Translations under genes and position numbers: made by a program
The notes under the pieces: model-generated
The model's input: the letters and a program-made list of their open reading frames with translations, nothing else
Database searches by the model: none
What the model was told of the DNA's origin: nothing
Assembly: GCA_030950905.1 (NCBI GenBank)
Contig: JAUZQQ010000027.1
Location: forward strand, 9,306-73,305
DNA from: Mariprofundaceae bacterium
GTDB taxonomy: Bacteria > Pseudomonadota > Zetaproteobacteria > Mariprofundales > Mariprofundaceae
Direction of reading: 5' to 3'
DNA length: 64,000 nt
Shown here: piece by piece, positions 39,658 through 50,158 of the stretch
How the letters are laid out: each line of letters begins with the position of its first letter
How positions within the stretch are numbered: position 1 is the first letter of the stretch

Positions 39658-40752
39658 CTAAATATTGAATCGAAAATGCATCACATCACCGTCGCCAACT
39701 GTGTAGGTTTTTCCTTCTAAACGCATTTTACCTGCATCTTTAGCGCCAGCCTCACCAGCGTAGGCAATAAAATCATCATAAGCAATGGTTTCTGCGCGAA
39801 TAAAGCCTTTTTCAAAGTCTGTGTGAATCACTGCCGCAGCCTGCGGTGCAGTATCACCCCGGTGAATTGTCCATGCACGGACTTCTTTAACACCTGCGGT
39901 GAAATAGGTAATGAGGTTTAACAAGGTGTATGCTTCGCGAATGACCGTATTAAGCCCCGGTTCAGCAAGCCCCATATCAACCAAAAACTCGGTGCGCGAT
40001 TGGTCATCCATCTCAGCAAGTTCAGCCTCAATTTGGGCAGACACAACGACCACCCGCGCCCGTTCTTCGGCGGCATGATGCCGCACCCTTTGAACCAATG
40101 CATTGCCATCAGGCAGCGAAGCATCATCGACATTGGCAATATACAGAACAGGTTTCATGGTCAATAAACAAAGATCTTGCAAGGCTGTTAAATCATCATC
40201 ACTGAGGTTTTGTCGGCGCACGGTTATGCCGTCTTCTAAACTTTTTTGCACCCGTTCTTGTACAGCCAATAACGCACGGGCCTCTTTATCACCTGTTTTG
40301 GTTAATTTTTGGCTGCGCTGAATCACTTTTTCCATGCTGTCTAGGTCTTTAAGCATTAATTCTGTGTCAATAATTTCAATATCAGACAAAGGATCAACGC
40401 GGCCTGCCACATGGGTGACATTGCTGTCTTCAAAGCAGCGAACCACATGGGCAATAGCCGAGCATTCACGAATATTGGCCAAAAACTTATTGCCCAGACC
40501 TTCACCGCTCGCAGCACCAGCAACAAGACCTGCAATATCGACAAACTCTACCACCGCATGTTGTACCGCTTGTGGTTTTACAATAGCACTTAATGCATCC
40601 AGTCTACTATCAGGAACGGGAACGATGCCAATATTAGGGTCAATGGTGCAAAAAGGGTAGTTGGCAGCTTCTGCACCACCACCATTTAAAGCATTAAATA
40701 ACGTTGATTTCCCAACGTTGGGAAGGCCTACAATTCCGATACTAAGTGCCAT
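39658..40752 (-). CDS. ychF: Redox-regulated ribosome-binding ATPase YchF
   Basis: [17 protein letters not shown] and a C-terminal TGS-like end ([12 protein letters not shown]). Confidence 0.95.
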   Translation of the reverse strand: MALSIGIVGLPNVGKSTLFNALNGGGAEAANYPFCTIDPNIGIVPVPDSRLDALSAIVKPQAVQHAVVEFVDIAGLVAGAASGEGLGNKFLANIRECSAIAHVVRCFEDSNVTHVAGRVDPLSDIEIIDTELMLKDLDSMEKVIQRSQKLTKTGDKEARALLAVQERVQKSLEDGITVRRQNLSDDDLTALQDLCLLTMKPVLYIANVDDASLPDGNALVQRVRHHAAEERARVVVVSAQIEAELAEMDDQSRTEFLVDMGLAEPGLNTVIREAYTLLNLITYFTAGVKEVRAWTIHRGDTAPQAAAVIHTDFEKGFIRAETIAYDDFIAYAGEAGAKDAGKMRLEGKTYTVGDGDVMHFRFNI

Positions 40753-40779
40753 AATTTCCTCGTCTTTAGCAAAAGTTAT

Positions 40780-41355
40780 TTATGTGGGGTTGCGTTGCAA
40801 GTGAATGGCATTCGCCGCTTGGGCAATATCGCCATGAAGAATAGTGGGCAAATGTGTTCTTAGAAGTGCAAAAGCCGAATGTTCATCGGCGCGGTCTGAG
40901 ACATCGGCCTGCCCTAGAACCCATGGCGTAATATCACCATGGGGTGGCCTGCCAATGCCAATTTTTATACGGTAGTAATCGGCATCGGGCAAATGTTGGT
41001 GCAATGAACGAAGTCCATTATGACCACCATGACCGCCACCTTTTTTTAAGCGTATTTTGCCAGAGAAAAGATCAAGATCATCGACAACAACAAAGGCATC
41101 CATGCTCAATAAATGGTAGTAATGCAACAAAGGGGCAATCGCCTCACCACTGTTGTTCATAAAAGTTTGTGGTTTAACCAATAATATTTTCTCGCCAGCA
41201 ATATGAGCCGTAGCAATCAACGCACGAAATCGAGGGAGTGAAGAAAATGCCACCCCCTCATGCTCGGCGATAGTTTCGATAAAACGAAAACCAATATTAT
41301 GCCGTGTATGTTGGTATTGTTGCCCAGGATTGCCCAAGCCAACCAACAGTTTCAC
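40780..41355 (-). CDS. pth: Peptidyl-tRNA hydrolase
   Basis: VGLGNPGQQYQHTRHNIGF and GHGGHNGLRS motifs. Confidence 0.95.
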   Translation of the reverse strand: MKLLVGLGNPGQQYQHTRHNIGFRFIETIAEHEGVAFSSLPRFRALIATAHIAGEKILLVKPQTFMNNSGEAIAPLLHYYHLLSMDAFVVVDDLDLFSGKIRLKKGGGHGGHNGLRSLHQHLPDADYYRIKIGIGRPPHGDITPWVLGQADVSDRADEHSAFALLRTHLPTILHGDIAQAANAIHLQRNPT

Positions 41356-41367
41356 TGCAAGGTTGCC

Positions 41368-42000
41368 TTAAGACTCTTTTTCTGCTTCTTCTTCTTCGGT
41401 CTGTTCTTCAGTCTCTTCGTCGGTCTTAACGCCCTTCACCGTGCTAAGGTTTAAAATCGTAAAATTGACTTCATGCGGTGCAGTAACACCTTCGGGCAAC
41501 GTTACATCTTCAACATGAACAGTGTCTCCTAGATTAAGTTGCGAACAATCAATTTTAACATGCTCAGGAATAGCATCAGCACGGCAGCTAACTTGCAATA
41601 CATGACGAATCATATCAATCTTGCCGCCTTCAATAACACCGGGTGCTTTTTCAAAATTAATGGCCAGCACAGGGATTTCAATTTCCACAGTATCGCTGCC
41701 TTTCACACGAAAAAAGTCAAGGTGGATGGGCGTGTCTTTGATGGGATCCCATTGTACTTCTTTAAGTAAAACATGTTCTTCATCTTTCTTGTCGGCTATT
41801 GCAATGGTTAAAATCGTGGTGTGGAATTGTTCCACATTCAACGCCTTGCCTGTATCATTGGCATTTAAGGTAACAGGAAGCTCAGGCTTGCCGCCACCAT
41901 AGATAACAGCGGGCAAGTACCCAGCAAGACGCAAACGGCGGGAAGCGTTGCGCCCCGTTTTTTCACGTAACTTGGCATTTAACAGTATAGAATCGCTCAT
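41368..42000 (-). CDS. rplY: 50S ribosomal protein L25 / general stress protein Ctc (long form)
   Basis: N-terminus REKTGRNASRRLRLAGYLPAVIYGG, a long Ctc-type C-terminal domain and an acidic tail (TDEETEEQTEEEEAEKES). Conserved position upstream of pth. Confidence 0.9.
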   Translation of the reverse strand: MSDSILLNAKLREKTGRNASRRLRLAGYLPAVIYGGGKPELPVTLNANDTGKALNVEQFHTTILTIAIADKKDEEHVLLKEVQWDPIKDTPIHLDFFRVKGSDTVEIEIPVLAINFEKAPGVIEGGKIDMIRHVLQVSCRADAIPEHVKIDCSQLNLGDTVHVEDVTLPEGVTAPHEVNFTILNLSTVKGVKTDEETEEQTEEEEAEKES

Positions 42001-42327
42001 AAATTTCCTTGTATACCCTTGCTCATGAATAGCAGAGAGAGAGAGTTTGTTCCTGACGGGTATGCCCGTAGCAGGTTTGGCTTAAATTATTCAGGAATAA
42101 CGCAGCCTAGGAGGCTGTCCGAGATCACACTTAAAAAAGGCGGCGCATTATAGACAGCGATGCCAAGGGAGGCAATGATTAATGTCCTGCGCAGGTGCTT
42201 TCAACCTTGCAGGCGAAGTGTAGGGCATAGGCGCAGACATTCAAATCAGCATGAATGGTAAAGAACGAGGGAGCAACATCGCAAATCACCAGTGATAAAA
42301 ATCAGAGCGATGAAGGATCGGCACTTT

Positions 42328-43329
42328 TTACTGTCCCAGTGCATTTGCCTTGTTGGGTGGTACTTTTGGTTTAACCCTAGCAAGTCCATTCTCCAATATT
42401 AGTTGGATGACTTTATCATAGGCCAATCCATGCTCAATTTTACATGCTTTAGGAAAATAACTGGAATTAAATATCATGCCAGGAACCAAATTAGCCTCAA
42501 TAAAAAAACAATCTCCTGTTTTGTTGGCTTTAACATCTATCCTGCCAAAATCCCTCACACCCAAAGCCAAGAAAGAATCAATAGCAAGCTTTCTCACTTT
42601 ATTTTTCATTTCATCATGCTCAATTGATTTCAGCTCTTCCGAATCATCTTTTTTTACCTTTCGCCCTAAAATTCTAAGTCCATTTTTTGATTTCGGTGGG
42701 ACTATTTCGATAGGGGAAACTATTAATTCATTGCTTGAGGTATTTATTATAGCGACTGTAAATTCTTGTCCATCTAAATATTCTTCTACCAATACAGGGC
42801 TATTAAATGTGTTGTATAACGATAATACTTTACTTTCAAAGTCTGTATAATTTGTTACAAAAGACAAGTCATCAATTCCATTTCCGTTTGCTGCATTTAT
42901 AGGTTTCAAAAATAGAGGGAATTTAATCGGCAGTTCATTTGCACATTTATATTGCCTTGGAACTGCCATAAAATATTCCGCAGTTTTAATGCCTTTGTTT
43001 GCTAAATTTAATTTAGCACTAATTTTATTGGAATCGAACCTCAAAACATTCCTTGATGAACCTGTGAAATTTATTCCATGATGTGAAAAATATTCACTCA
43101 ACCAAATGTCATCTTCATTGTGAAGTGAAATATATTTTACAGCTAATACAAGCAAGCTTGGATTCCTTTTCACAATATTCCCTAAATCTTCTTTGGTTCT
43201 ACATATGCTTAACCTTACATCATAACCCATCCTTTCGATTGAATAAAATACGCTATTGCAAGCTTTTAGAGTTCCAAATCCTGTTTCGTTTAACGCCTCA
43301 TTTGGTGTTGTTACGATTTCAATTTTCAA
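42328..43329 (-). CDS. D-alanine--D-alanine ligase-like ATP-grasp enzyme (AT-rich, probably acquired)
   Basis: ATP-grasp C-terminal pattern FPLFLKPINAANGNGID, VLVEEYLDGQEFTVAI and FGRIDVKANKTGDCFFIEANLVPGM. Hand counts on several 60-nt lines give roughly 27-40% G+C, against about 45-60% in the flanking genes. Confidence 0.6.
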   Translation of the reverse strand: MKIEIVTTPNEALNETGFGTLKACNSVFYSIERMGYDVRLSICRTKEDLGNIVKRNPSLLVLAVKYISLHNEDDIWLSEYFSHHGINFTGSSRNVLRFDSNKISAKLNLANKGIKTAEYFMAVPRQYKCANELPIKFPLFLKPINAANGNGIDDLSFVTNYTDFESKVLSLYNTFNSPVLVEEYLDGQEFTVAIINTSSNELIVSPIEIVPPKSKNGLRILGRKVKKDDSEELKSIEHDEMKNKVRKLAIDSFLALGVRDFGRIDVKANKTGDCFFIEANLVPGMIFNSSYFPKACKIEHGLAYDKVIQLILENGLARVKPKVPPNKANALGQ

Positions 43330-43528
43330 TACGTATTCCCTTCCTAATTCTCTAAAAGTACTTGGTAGTTTTGATGCAACTAACGTCGCAATATAGCGTA
43401 CAGCAGCGTGTATAAATACGCAAGAAAATAAAAGTGTGTATCACACAGTTCATATATTTCTTGTTGTATTTTTTTCGAGCCATATCATAGCCATTTTTGG
43501 TGCTGGCTGTTGTATGATTTAATAGCCC

Positions 43529-46500
43529 ATGCGCCGATTTCCATATCAACCAAAGGTAAAGAAAAAGTACGTGCCCTCGCCCTCCTCCACCATGCAAGAA
43601 GAAAAAAAATACAAGTCTCGAGAAACCCCTATTGCCATCATTGGTATGGATGGTTTGTTTCCTGATTCACCGACGCTGGATGATTTTTGGCGCAATATTA
43701 CCAGCAAGCATACTGCCTCCCGAAGGCCTCCTGCCAACCGTTGGTTGCTTGATGCCGATACTGTTTATCACCCAGAAAGGGGGCGTGCTGATCGCGTCTA
43801 TTCCAAACAGGCATGCTTTCTTGATGATGCATGGTTGGCGCATGATCCATGTAAAAACAGTGCGATGGCTACAGCAGCGCTTGATCCCATGTTTCATTTG
43901 TTGCTTCGTGTTGGCAGGGGAGCGTGGCAAGATGCGGCCGTGGATAGTGCATCTGCTGCACGCACGGGGATTATTATGGGCAACTTGGCTTTGCCTAGCG
44001 AACAATCGTCTGCGTTGGCGCGCCGTTTTATTGACCGTACCTTAGAAGAAAAAATTCTAGCGCAGCACGCCAATCACGCACCCATGGCTTTGGATGCAAA
44101 CAATGCCCATGTTGCAGGTTTACCCGCTGCTGTCTTGGCCAAGGCATTGGGGCTTGGGGGCACGTGTTTTACACTGGATGCCGCCTGTGCCTCGTCGTTG
44201 TACGCCATTAAACTGGCGATGGATGAATTGCGCGCCCATCGTGCTGATGTGATGCTGGCAGGCGGTTTGTCGCGACCTGATTCGCTGTACACGCAAATGG
44301 GCTTTTCCCAACTGCAAGCTTTATCCGCTACGGGTGTGCCTGCGCCATTTGATGCCGCTGGAGACGGTTTGGTGGTCGGTGAAGGCTGTGGTGTTTTTGT
44401 GCTTAAACGTTTAAGCGATGCCGAGGCGGATGCTAATACCATTTATGGCGTGATTCATGCCGTAGGCGTAAGCAATGATCTAACAGGCGGCTTGCTTGCA
44501 CCAGAATCAGAAGGGCAATTGCGCGCCATGCGGTCTGCTTACCAACAAGCGGGCTGGTCACCTTCGGATGTTCAAATGATCGAATGTCATGCACCGGGTA
44601 CACCCGTGGGTGATGTGGTGGAATTTGAAAGCATGGCACGCCTGTGGCAAGATTGTAATTGGCAAGCAGGACAATGCGTTATTGGTTCAGTCAAATCAAA
44701 TATCGGTCACTTGCTCACCGCCGCAGGTTCAGCCGCCTTAATGAAAACATTGCTGGCCATGAAGCACGGCAAGCTTCCGCCCACCGCAAACTTTCACCAA
44801 GCTGCTGAGGGTATTACCCTAAAAGATAGCCCTTTTCAGGTATTGCAAGAAACACAAACGTGGGTAGCAACGGGTACGCCCCGCCGTGCAGCTATCAGTG
44901 CCTTTGGCTTTGGTGGGATTAATGCCCATTTATTGCTCGAATCATATGCCCCCAATAGCAGAAAAAAGATAATATATACTCAAAAAAAGGCAGAACCCAT
45001 TGCCATCATTGGCATGGCTGCACACGTCGGCGCATGGGACTCATTGGCGCGCGTGCAACAACAATTGTTTAGCAGCGAAACAGTAGAGCCGCAACCATTA
45101 ACCCATTGGTGGGGGGCTGAGAAGAGCCAATGGTTGGCTGCTTTGGGTATTCAAGTTGAGCGTGTTGTTGGTTATTGTATCGACGAAATTAGCGCGCCCC
45201 TTGGTGCTTACTGCATCCCGCCGCATGAAATGGCTGAGATGTTACCCCGTCAATTATTAATGCTCAACCTTGCGGCCGCTGCCTTGCTTCATGCTGGTGA
45301 TGATGATTCAAGCAATACAGGTGTATTTATCGGTACAGGGCTGGATATGCAGGCGAGCAATTTCAGTGCGCGTTGGGATGTTGCAAATAAAGTGGATGAA
45401 TGGCTTAAAATATTGGACATTGATCTTGATGAGGATGGCAAAGAAGCATGGACCACCAGTATTCGTGATGCCATTAGCCCGCCATTAAATGCAGGACGAA
45501 CCATGGGTGCATTGGGCAGCACAGTGGCCAGCCGTATTGCCAAAGCCTTTCGCACGGGGGGGGCTGCATTCACCGTCTCAGCGGAAGATCAATCAGGTTT
45601 GCGTGCGTTGGAAGTTGGGATTCATGCCTTGCAATGTGGTGATGTTTATCGCGCGTTGGTCGGGGCTGTGGACATGACCACCGATATGCGTTTATTTTTA
45701 AGTCGCCACGCACGGATGCAGACAAAAGAGTCCTTACCGCCCTTGGCGGATGGTGGTGGTGCATTAATTTTAAAGCGCGTTGACGATGCGCAGCGCGATG
45801 GTGATTGCATTTATGCCATCATTGATGGTTTTGGCACGGGCTTTGATGTATCTACATCCCTAAAGCAAGCCGTACACGACAGCCTAAAAAACACGCCCGA
45901 TCAGGCTTACAAAACCCCACAACGCCTTGGTGATGCAGGTGCAGCCAATGGCATACTTGCGACCATTCATGCGACATTATCGTTGCACCATCGTTTGCGA
46001 GCCGAAGTACCAAGCAAGGCATGGCTCAATAATCAGGCGGAAGGCAAACGCCAAATACTTGTTTCTGGCCACGGTATGGATGGCAGTTATGCCCATATTT
46101 TACTGCAAGAAAACAAAACTTCTTTGCCCAGCACCGCGCCAGCGATTATGCCCAAAGCTGGGTTGTTTGTTGTTTCTGGCACTGCCCCGAATGCGCTCAT
46201 ACAACAGCTCGAACAACTGGCGATACGCATCAAGCAATATGAAGGCAGCATTCATGATGTTGCTTGCCAAGCGTACCAGCATTTTTCACCAGGGTCATTA
46301 TGCTTAAGCATGGTTGCCGATGATGTTACCATGCTCTTGCAACACATTGCCTACGCCAAAGAATCGTTGCAGACAAACCCCACGGCATCTCTTGGTGGGC
46401 ATGGCAGCATCCCCATGCCCCAAAAGCATTTAAAAGATCGCGTTTTTTATAGCCACAAGCCACTCGCCAATAGAGGCAAGGTGGCTTTTATCTTTTCAGG

Positions 46501-49500
46501 TTCGGGCAATCATTACCCCCATATGGGAAAAGATTTATTGGCGCACTGGCCTCATAGTGTTGCAAGCCAAGAGCAAAAGAGCGATTGGCTCAAAGCGCAG
46601 TATTTACCCGATGCCGTATGGCAAAATAACATCCAACCCCTATACCAAGATCATAATGCGTTGGTGATTTCTCACGTTGCCTTGGGTACAGCCATCAGCG
46701 ATATACTGCGCGGTTTTGCTCTGCATCCATCAGCGGCAATGGGTTATAGTCTTGGCGAGTCGACCAGTTTATTTTCGCTGGGGGCGTGGTCAGACCGTGA
46801 TGCCATGGTACAAAGACTGAAAGCTTCACCCTTATTCACCGAAGAATTGGCAGGTGTGTGCCGAGCTGCGCGCAAGCAATGGCAATTGAATGAAAGCGAA
46901 ACCGTTGATTGGGTGATCGGCATGGTCAACGTGGCTGCAAGCCGTGTGAATGAAGAACTGCCAGCATTCCCAAGGGCTTATTTGCTGATCACCAACACTG
47001 CCACAGAATGTGTAATTGGTGGTCAACGCACGATGGTAATGGCTTTGGTGGGTGCACTTAACGCCCACTTTCACCCCTTGGATGGGGTCACTACCGTACA
47101 CTGTGACGTGGTCACGCCTGTGGCCGATGCCTACCATGCTTTGCATTTGTTTGACACAAAAACCCCTAAAGGCATTGATTTTTACAGCTTTGCCAGCGGT
47201 GAAAAATACACGGTTAATCGAGAAAATACAGCCAATGCGATGCTTGCGCAGGCCATGCACAGCGTGGACTTTCCTCGGCTTATTGAACAAGCCTATGGCG
47301 ACGGTGTTCGCATGTTTTTTGAGATTGGTGCAGGGCAATCCTGTTCACGTATGATTCACAGTATTTTAGGCGAACGCCCCCACCTTGCACGTTCTTCTTG
47401 CTTTGCTGGCGAATCAGCCAGTGGCCTTGTGCTGCGCACGTTGGCACAGGCTATAGCTGAGGGTCTTGATGTTGATCTTTCAAATTTATACCCTACGCCA
47501 ATAAACCAAGATCACGGGCGCACGGTAGCAGCAAGCAAGGCAGGTCTTGCCTTTTCTATAAGCTTGCCCAAGCGCAAAACAGGTATTCTCAAGACGATGC
47601 AGCCAACCCCCCAAAAGAATACGCCGCCAAGCCATACCATGGCCACAGCGTCAGAAACAAACGATTGGACATTGCCTATCCGCACGGTATTGGCAGCCAA
47701 GGCCGAAGCGCACGGGCAGTATTTGCAGTTTTCTACGGTCATGCAACATGCCATGCAACGCAGTCTTACCCTTGCCGCATCCATGCCTAAACCCACGGAT
47801 CCGCAACCACCATTACCCATGGTAAGCACGCCACCAAACTTTTTAAATCGTGCGCAATGTTTGGCTTTTGCGGTGGGTAATATTGGCGATGTGCTCGGTG
47901 AATCATTTGCTGCCATTGATCAACACCCAACACGGGTACGGCTGCCCGATGAACCCCTCATGTTGGTGGATCGCATTGTACATATCGAAGGTACGCCGCG
48001 CAGCATGCGCCATGGTCGTGTGGTAACGGAACACGATGTAAACGCCGACCGTTGGTACCTTGATGCGGGACATATCCCGACTTGCATTGCCGTGGAAGCA
48101 GGTCAAGCTGATTTGTTTTTATCGGCGTATTTGGGCATTGACTTTATCACCAAGGGCAAGGCCGTGTACCGCTTGCTTGATGCGGTCGTTACCTTTCACG
48201 ACAGCTTGCCTGTGGTGGGTGATGTCATTCATTATGACATTTATATTGATGAGTTTTTCTGCCAAGGTGATACTTGGCTATTCCGCTTTCATTTTGAAAG
48301 CACCGTGAATGGTCAAGCTTTGATGTCTATGCAAAAAGGATGTGCGGGGTTTTTCACCCAAGAAGAACTCGCTGGAGGTCAAGGCATTGTTCACACCGCT
48401 TTGGATATGCTGCCACAACAAGGTACGCTGCCGCCAAATTGGCAAGCACCACTGCCGATGCAGCAAGAACAATGGGATGATGGACACATTGCCGCTTTGT
48501 ATGCTGGTGATTTAACGGCATGTTTTGGCGCACCATTTAATAACCTGAACTTCACCCCCTACACACTTCCCCCTCAACCCCATTTGCGTTTGGTGGATCG
48601 TGTCATTTCGCTTGACCCTTCAGGTGGTCGTTACGGTATTGGGCAGATATGCGCCGAAATGGATATTCATCCCGATGATTGGTTTTTAACCTGCCACTTT
48701 GTTGACGATCAGGTGATGCCCGGCACGCTGATGTATGAATGTTGCATGCACACCTTGCGTATTTTCTTGTTGCGCATGGGTTGGGTGGGCAAAGAAGGAG
48801 AAACTTGGTGCGAACCTTTGGTGGCTATTGATAGCGGCCTTAAATGCCGTGGTCAGGTACTTGCCAGCACCAAGTTGGTGACCTACCAAGTAGACATCAA
48901 AACATTGGGTTATGAGCCAGCGCCTTTTGCTATCGTCAATGCACTGATGTTTGCAGATGGTAAACCCATTGTAGAAATCACCAATATGTCGGCATGCCTT
49001 CGTGGTTTAACACAAGAGAGCGTAGAAGCACTGTGGCAAGCACAAATAACGCAACAAATTCCAGTCCGCAGCGTATTGTACAATACCGAAAGAATCACTG
49101 CCTTTGCGATAGGCAAACCCTCTGAGGCCTTTGGTTCACGGTATACTGTTTTTGATGAACAACGAAAAATTGCCCGTTTGCCAGGGCCGCCGTTTCAGTT
49201 TTTGGATCGCATCATGGATGTCCAAGGTGAACCGTGGGTGATGCAAGCAGGTGCAAGCGTGGAAGTAGAATACACCATTCCCAGCGACGCTTGGTATTTT
49301 GAGAGCAACCGTCAAAAAAACATTCCTTTTAGTGTATTGCTGGAGATTGGTTTACAACCTTGCGGCTGGCTCGCGGCGTACATTGGTTCGGCATTAAGCT
49401 CAAGCATTGATTTATCGTTCCGCAACCTTGATGGCAATGCTGTTCAACACCGTGCAATCACGGCAAGCTCTGGCATATTAACCACCCACGTAAGCATCAC

Positions 49501-50149
49501 CAATGTTTCAAGCAGCGGTGGCATGGTGATTCAAAATTATGATTTTGAAACCCGTGATGCCCATGGTGTTGTATACACAGGAAATACAGTGTTTGGCTTT
49601 TTCTCCAAAGCCTCATTGTCGCAGCAAGTCGGTGTGCGCGGTGCTAGCCTCTACCAAGCAACAGTGCCAGAAACAGAAAGAGGGCAAAGTTTTGCCTACC
49701 CTACGCACTTCCCTTACCCCGCCCGTAAAATGCAAATGATTGATACCGTTGATCTATTTGTTCCCGACGGTGGAACCCATGGCTTGGGGTTTATTCGGGG
49801 AACAAAAAGAGTGGATCCTAATGAATGGTTTTTTAAGGCGCATTTTTACCAAGACCCTGTCTGCCCTGGTTCGCTGGGTTTGGAATCATTCTTGCAACTG
49901 CTTAAAATCGCGGCACTTCAGCGTTGGGGTGAATACAATAATGGAGAAATGCAATGCATTGTACTGGGGAAAAACCACAAATGGAACTACCGTGGGCAAA
50001 TTATTCCCAGCAACCAACAAGTAAGCGTTGAAGCCATGATTACAGCAGTGGATGAATCGGCACGAATGCTTACTGCCGATGGGTATTTATCGGTGGATGG
50101 AAAAACAATTTATCAGATGTTTGATTTTACCATCAAGTTGGGTGGATAA
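43529..50149 (+). CDS. PfaC/Pfa3-like multidomain PUFA-synthase-type protein: KS - CLF - AT - (pseudoDH-DH FabA-like) x2
   Basis: KS (about 43625-44945): DAACASS with Cys220 (44186-44188), ECHAPGTPVGD and KSNIGH. CLF (about 44994-46112): the aligned site reads FTVSAEDQSG, with Asp687 (45587-45589) in place of Cys. AT (about 46479-47400): GYSLGES with Ser1074 (46748-46750). FabA-like DH sites: LTCHFVDDQVMPGTL (His1723, 48695-48697) and FKAHFYQDPVCPGSLGLE (His2105, 49841-49843). No DSL/ACP, KR or ER motifs. The start is uncertain (ATG 43529 or ATG 43592, MQEEKK). Confidence 0.85.
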   Translation: MRRFPYQPKVKKKYVPSPSSTMQEEKKYKSRETPIAIIGMDGLFPDSPTLDDFWRNITSKHTASRRPPANRWLLDADTVYHPERGRADRVYSKQACFLDDAWLAHDPCKNSAMATAALDPMFHLLLRVGRGAWQDAAVDSASAARTGIIMGNLALPSEQSSALARRFIDRTLEEKILAQHANHAPMALDANNAHVAGLPAAVLAKALGLGGTCFTLDAACASSLYAIKLAMDELRAHRADVMLAGGLSRPDSLYTQMGFSQLQALSATGVPAPFDAAGDGLVVGEGCGVFVLKRLSDAEADANTIYGVIHAVGVSNDLTGGLLAPESEGQLRAMRSAYQQAGWSPSDVQMIECHAPGTPVGDVVEFESMARLWQDCNWQAGQCVIGSVKSNIGHLLTAAGSAALMKTLLAMKHGKLPPTANFHQAAEGITLKDSPFQVLQETQTWVATGTPRRAAISAFGFGGINAHLLLESYAPNSRKKIIYTQKKAEPIAIIGMAAHVGAWDSLARVQQQLFSSETVEPQPLTHWWGAEKSQWLAALGIQVERVVGYCIDEISAPLGAYCIPPHEMAEMLPRQLLMLNLAAAALLHAGDDDSSNTGVFIGTGLDMQASNFSARWDVANKVDEWLKILDIDLDEDGKEAWTTSIRDAISPPLNAGRTMGALGSTVASRIAKAFRTGGAAFTVSAEDQSGLRALEVGIHALQCGDVYRALVGAVDMTTDMRLFLSRHARMQTKESLPPLADGGGALILKRVDDAQRDGDCIYAIIDGFGTGFDVSTSLKQAVHDSLKNTPDQAYKTPQRLGDAGAANGILATIHATLSLHHRLRAEVPSKAWLNNQAEGKRQILVSGHGMDGSYAHILLQENKTSLPSTAPAIMPKAGLFVVSGTAPNALIQQLEQLAIRIKQYEGSIHDVACQAYQHFSPGSLCLSMVADDVTMLLQHIAYAKESLQTNPTASLGGHGSIPMPQKHLKDRVFYSHKPLANRGKVAFIFSGSGNHYPHMGKDLLAHWPHSVASQEQKSDWLKAQYLPDAVWQNNIQPLYQDHNALVISHVALGTAISDILRGFALHPSAAMGYSLGESTSLFSLGAWSDRDAMVQRLKASPLFTEELAGVCRAARKQWQLNESETVDWVIGMVNVAASRVNEELPAFPRAYLLITNTATECVIGGQRTMVMALVGALNAHFHPLDGVTTVHCDVVTPVADAYHALHLFDTKTPKGIDFYSFASGEKYTVNRENTANAMLAQAMHSVDFPRLIEQAYGDGVRMFFEIGAGQSCSRMIHSILGERPHLARSSCFAGESASGLVLRTLAQAIAEGLDVDLSNLYPTPINQDHGRTVAASKAGLAFSISLPKRKTGILKTMQPTPQKNTPPSHTMATASETNDWTLPIRTVLAAKAEAHGQYLQFSTVMQHAMQRSLTLAASMPKPTDPQPPLPMVSTPPNFLNRAQCLAFAVGNIGDVLGESFAAIDQHPTRVRLPDEPLMLVDRIVHIEGTPRSMRHGRVVTEHDVNADRWYLDAGHIPTCIAVEAGQADLFLSAYLGIDFITKGKAVYRLLDAVVTFHDSLPVVGDVIHYDIYIDEFFCQGDTWLFRFHFESTVNGQALMSMQKGCAGFFTQEELAGGQGIVHTALDMLPQQGTLPPNWQAPLPMQQEQWDDGHIAALYAGDLTACFGAPFNNLNFTPYTLPPQPHLRLVDRVISLDPSGGRYGIGQICAEMDIHPDDWFLTCHFVDDQVMPGTLMYECCMHTLRIFLLRMGWVGKEGETWCEPLVAIDSGLKCRGQVLASTKLVTYQVDIKTLGYEPAPFAIVNALMFADGKPIVEITNMSACLRGLTQESVEALWQAQITQQIPVRSVLYNTERITAFAIGKPSEAFGSRYTVFDEQRKIARLPGPPFQFLDRIMDVQGEPWVMQAGASVEVEYTIPSDAWYFESNRQKNIPFSVLLEIGLQPCGWLAAYIGSALSSSIDLSFRNLDGNAVQHRAITASSGILTTHVSITNVSSSGGMVIQNYDFETRDAHGVVYTGNTVFGFFSKASLSQQVGVRGASLYQATVPETERGQSFAYPTHFPYPARKMQMIDTVDLFVPDGGTHGLGFIRGTKRVDPNEWFFKAHFYQDPVCPGSLGLESFLQLLKIAALQRWGEYNNGEMQCIVLGKNHKWNYRGQIIPSNQQVSVEAMITAVDESARMLTADGYLSVDGKTIYQMFDFTIKLGG

Positions 50150-50158
50150 AAATAACCT

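Noticed and set aside
42141-42175. GC-rich segment followed by a T6 run (minus strand) downstream of the Ddl-like gene, considered as a terminator
   Set aside because: The stem pairs imperfectly (about 6 of 8 positions), so I cannot support it as a feature without a folding calculation.
43352-43597. 81-aa ORF in the divergent spacer between the Ddl-like and Pfa-like genes
   Set aside because: It overlaps the Pfa-like 5' end on the opposite strand, lies in an AT-rich promoter-type region and has an implausible composition.
46832-47338. 168-aa antisense ORF within the AT domain region of the Pfa-like gene, with similar antisense ORFs at 31008..31589 (dapE) and 50767..51168 (the permuted ATP-grasp gene)
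   Set aside because: These are shadow ORFs opposite genes with clear catalytic motifs, and they have no motifs of their own.
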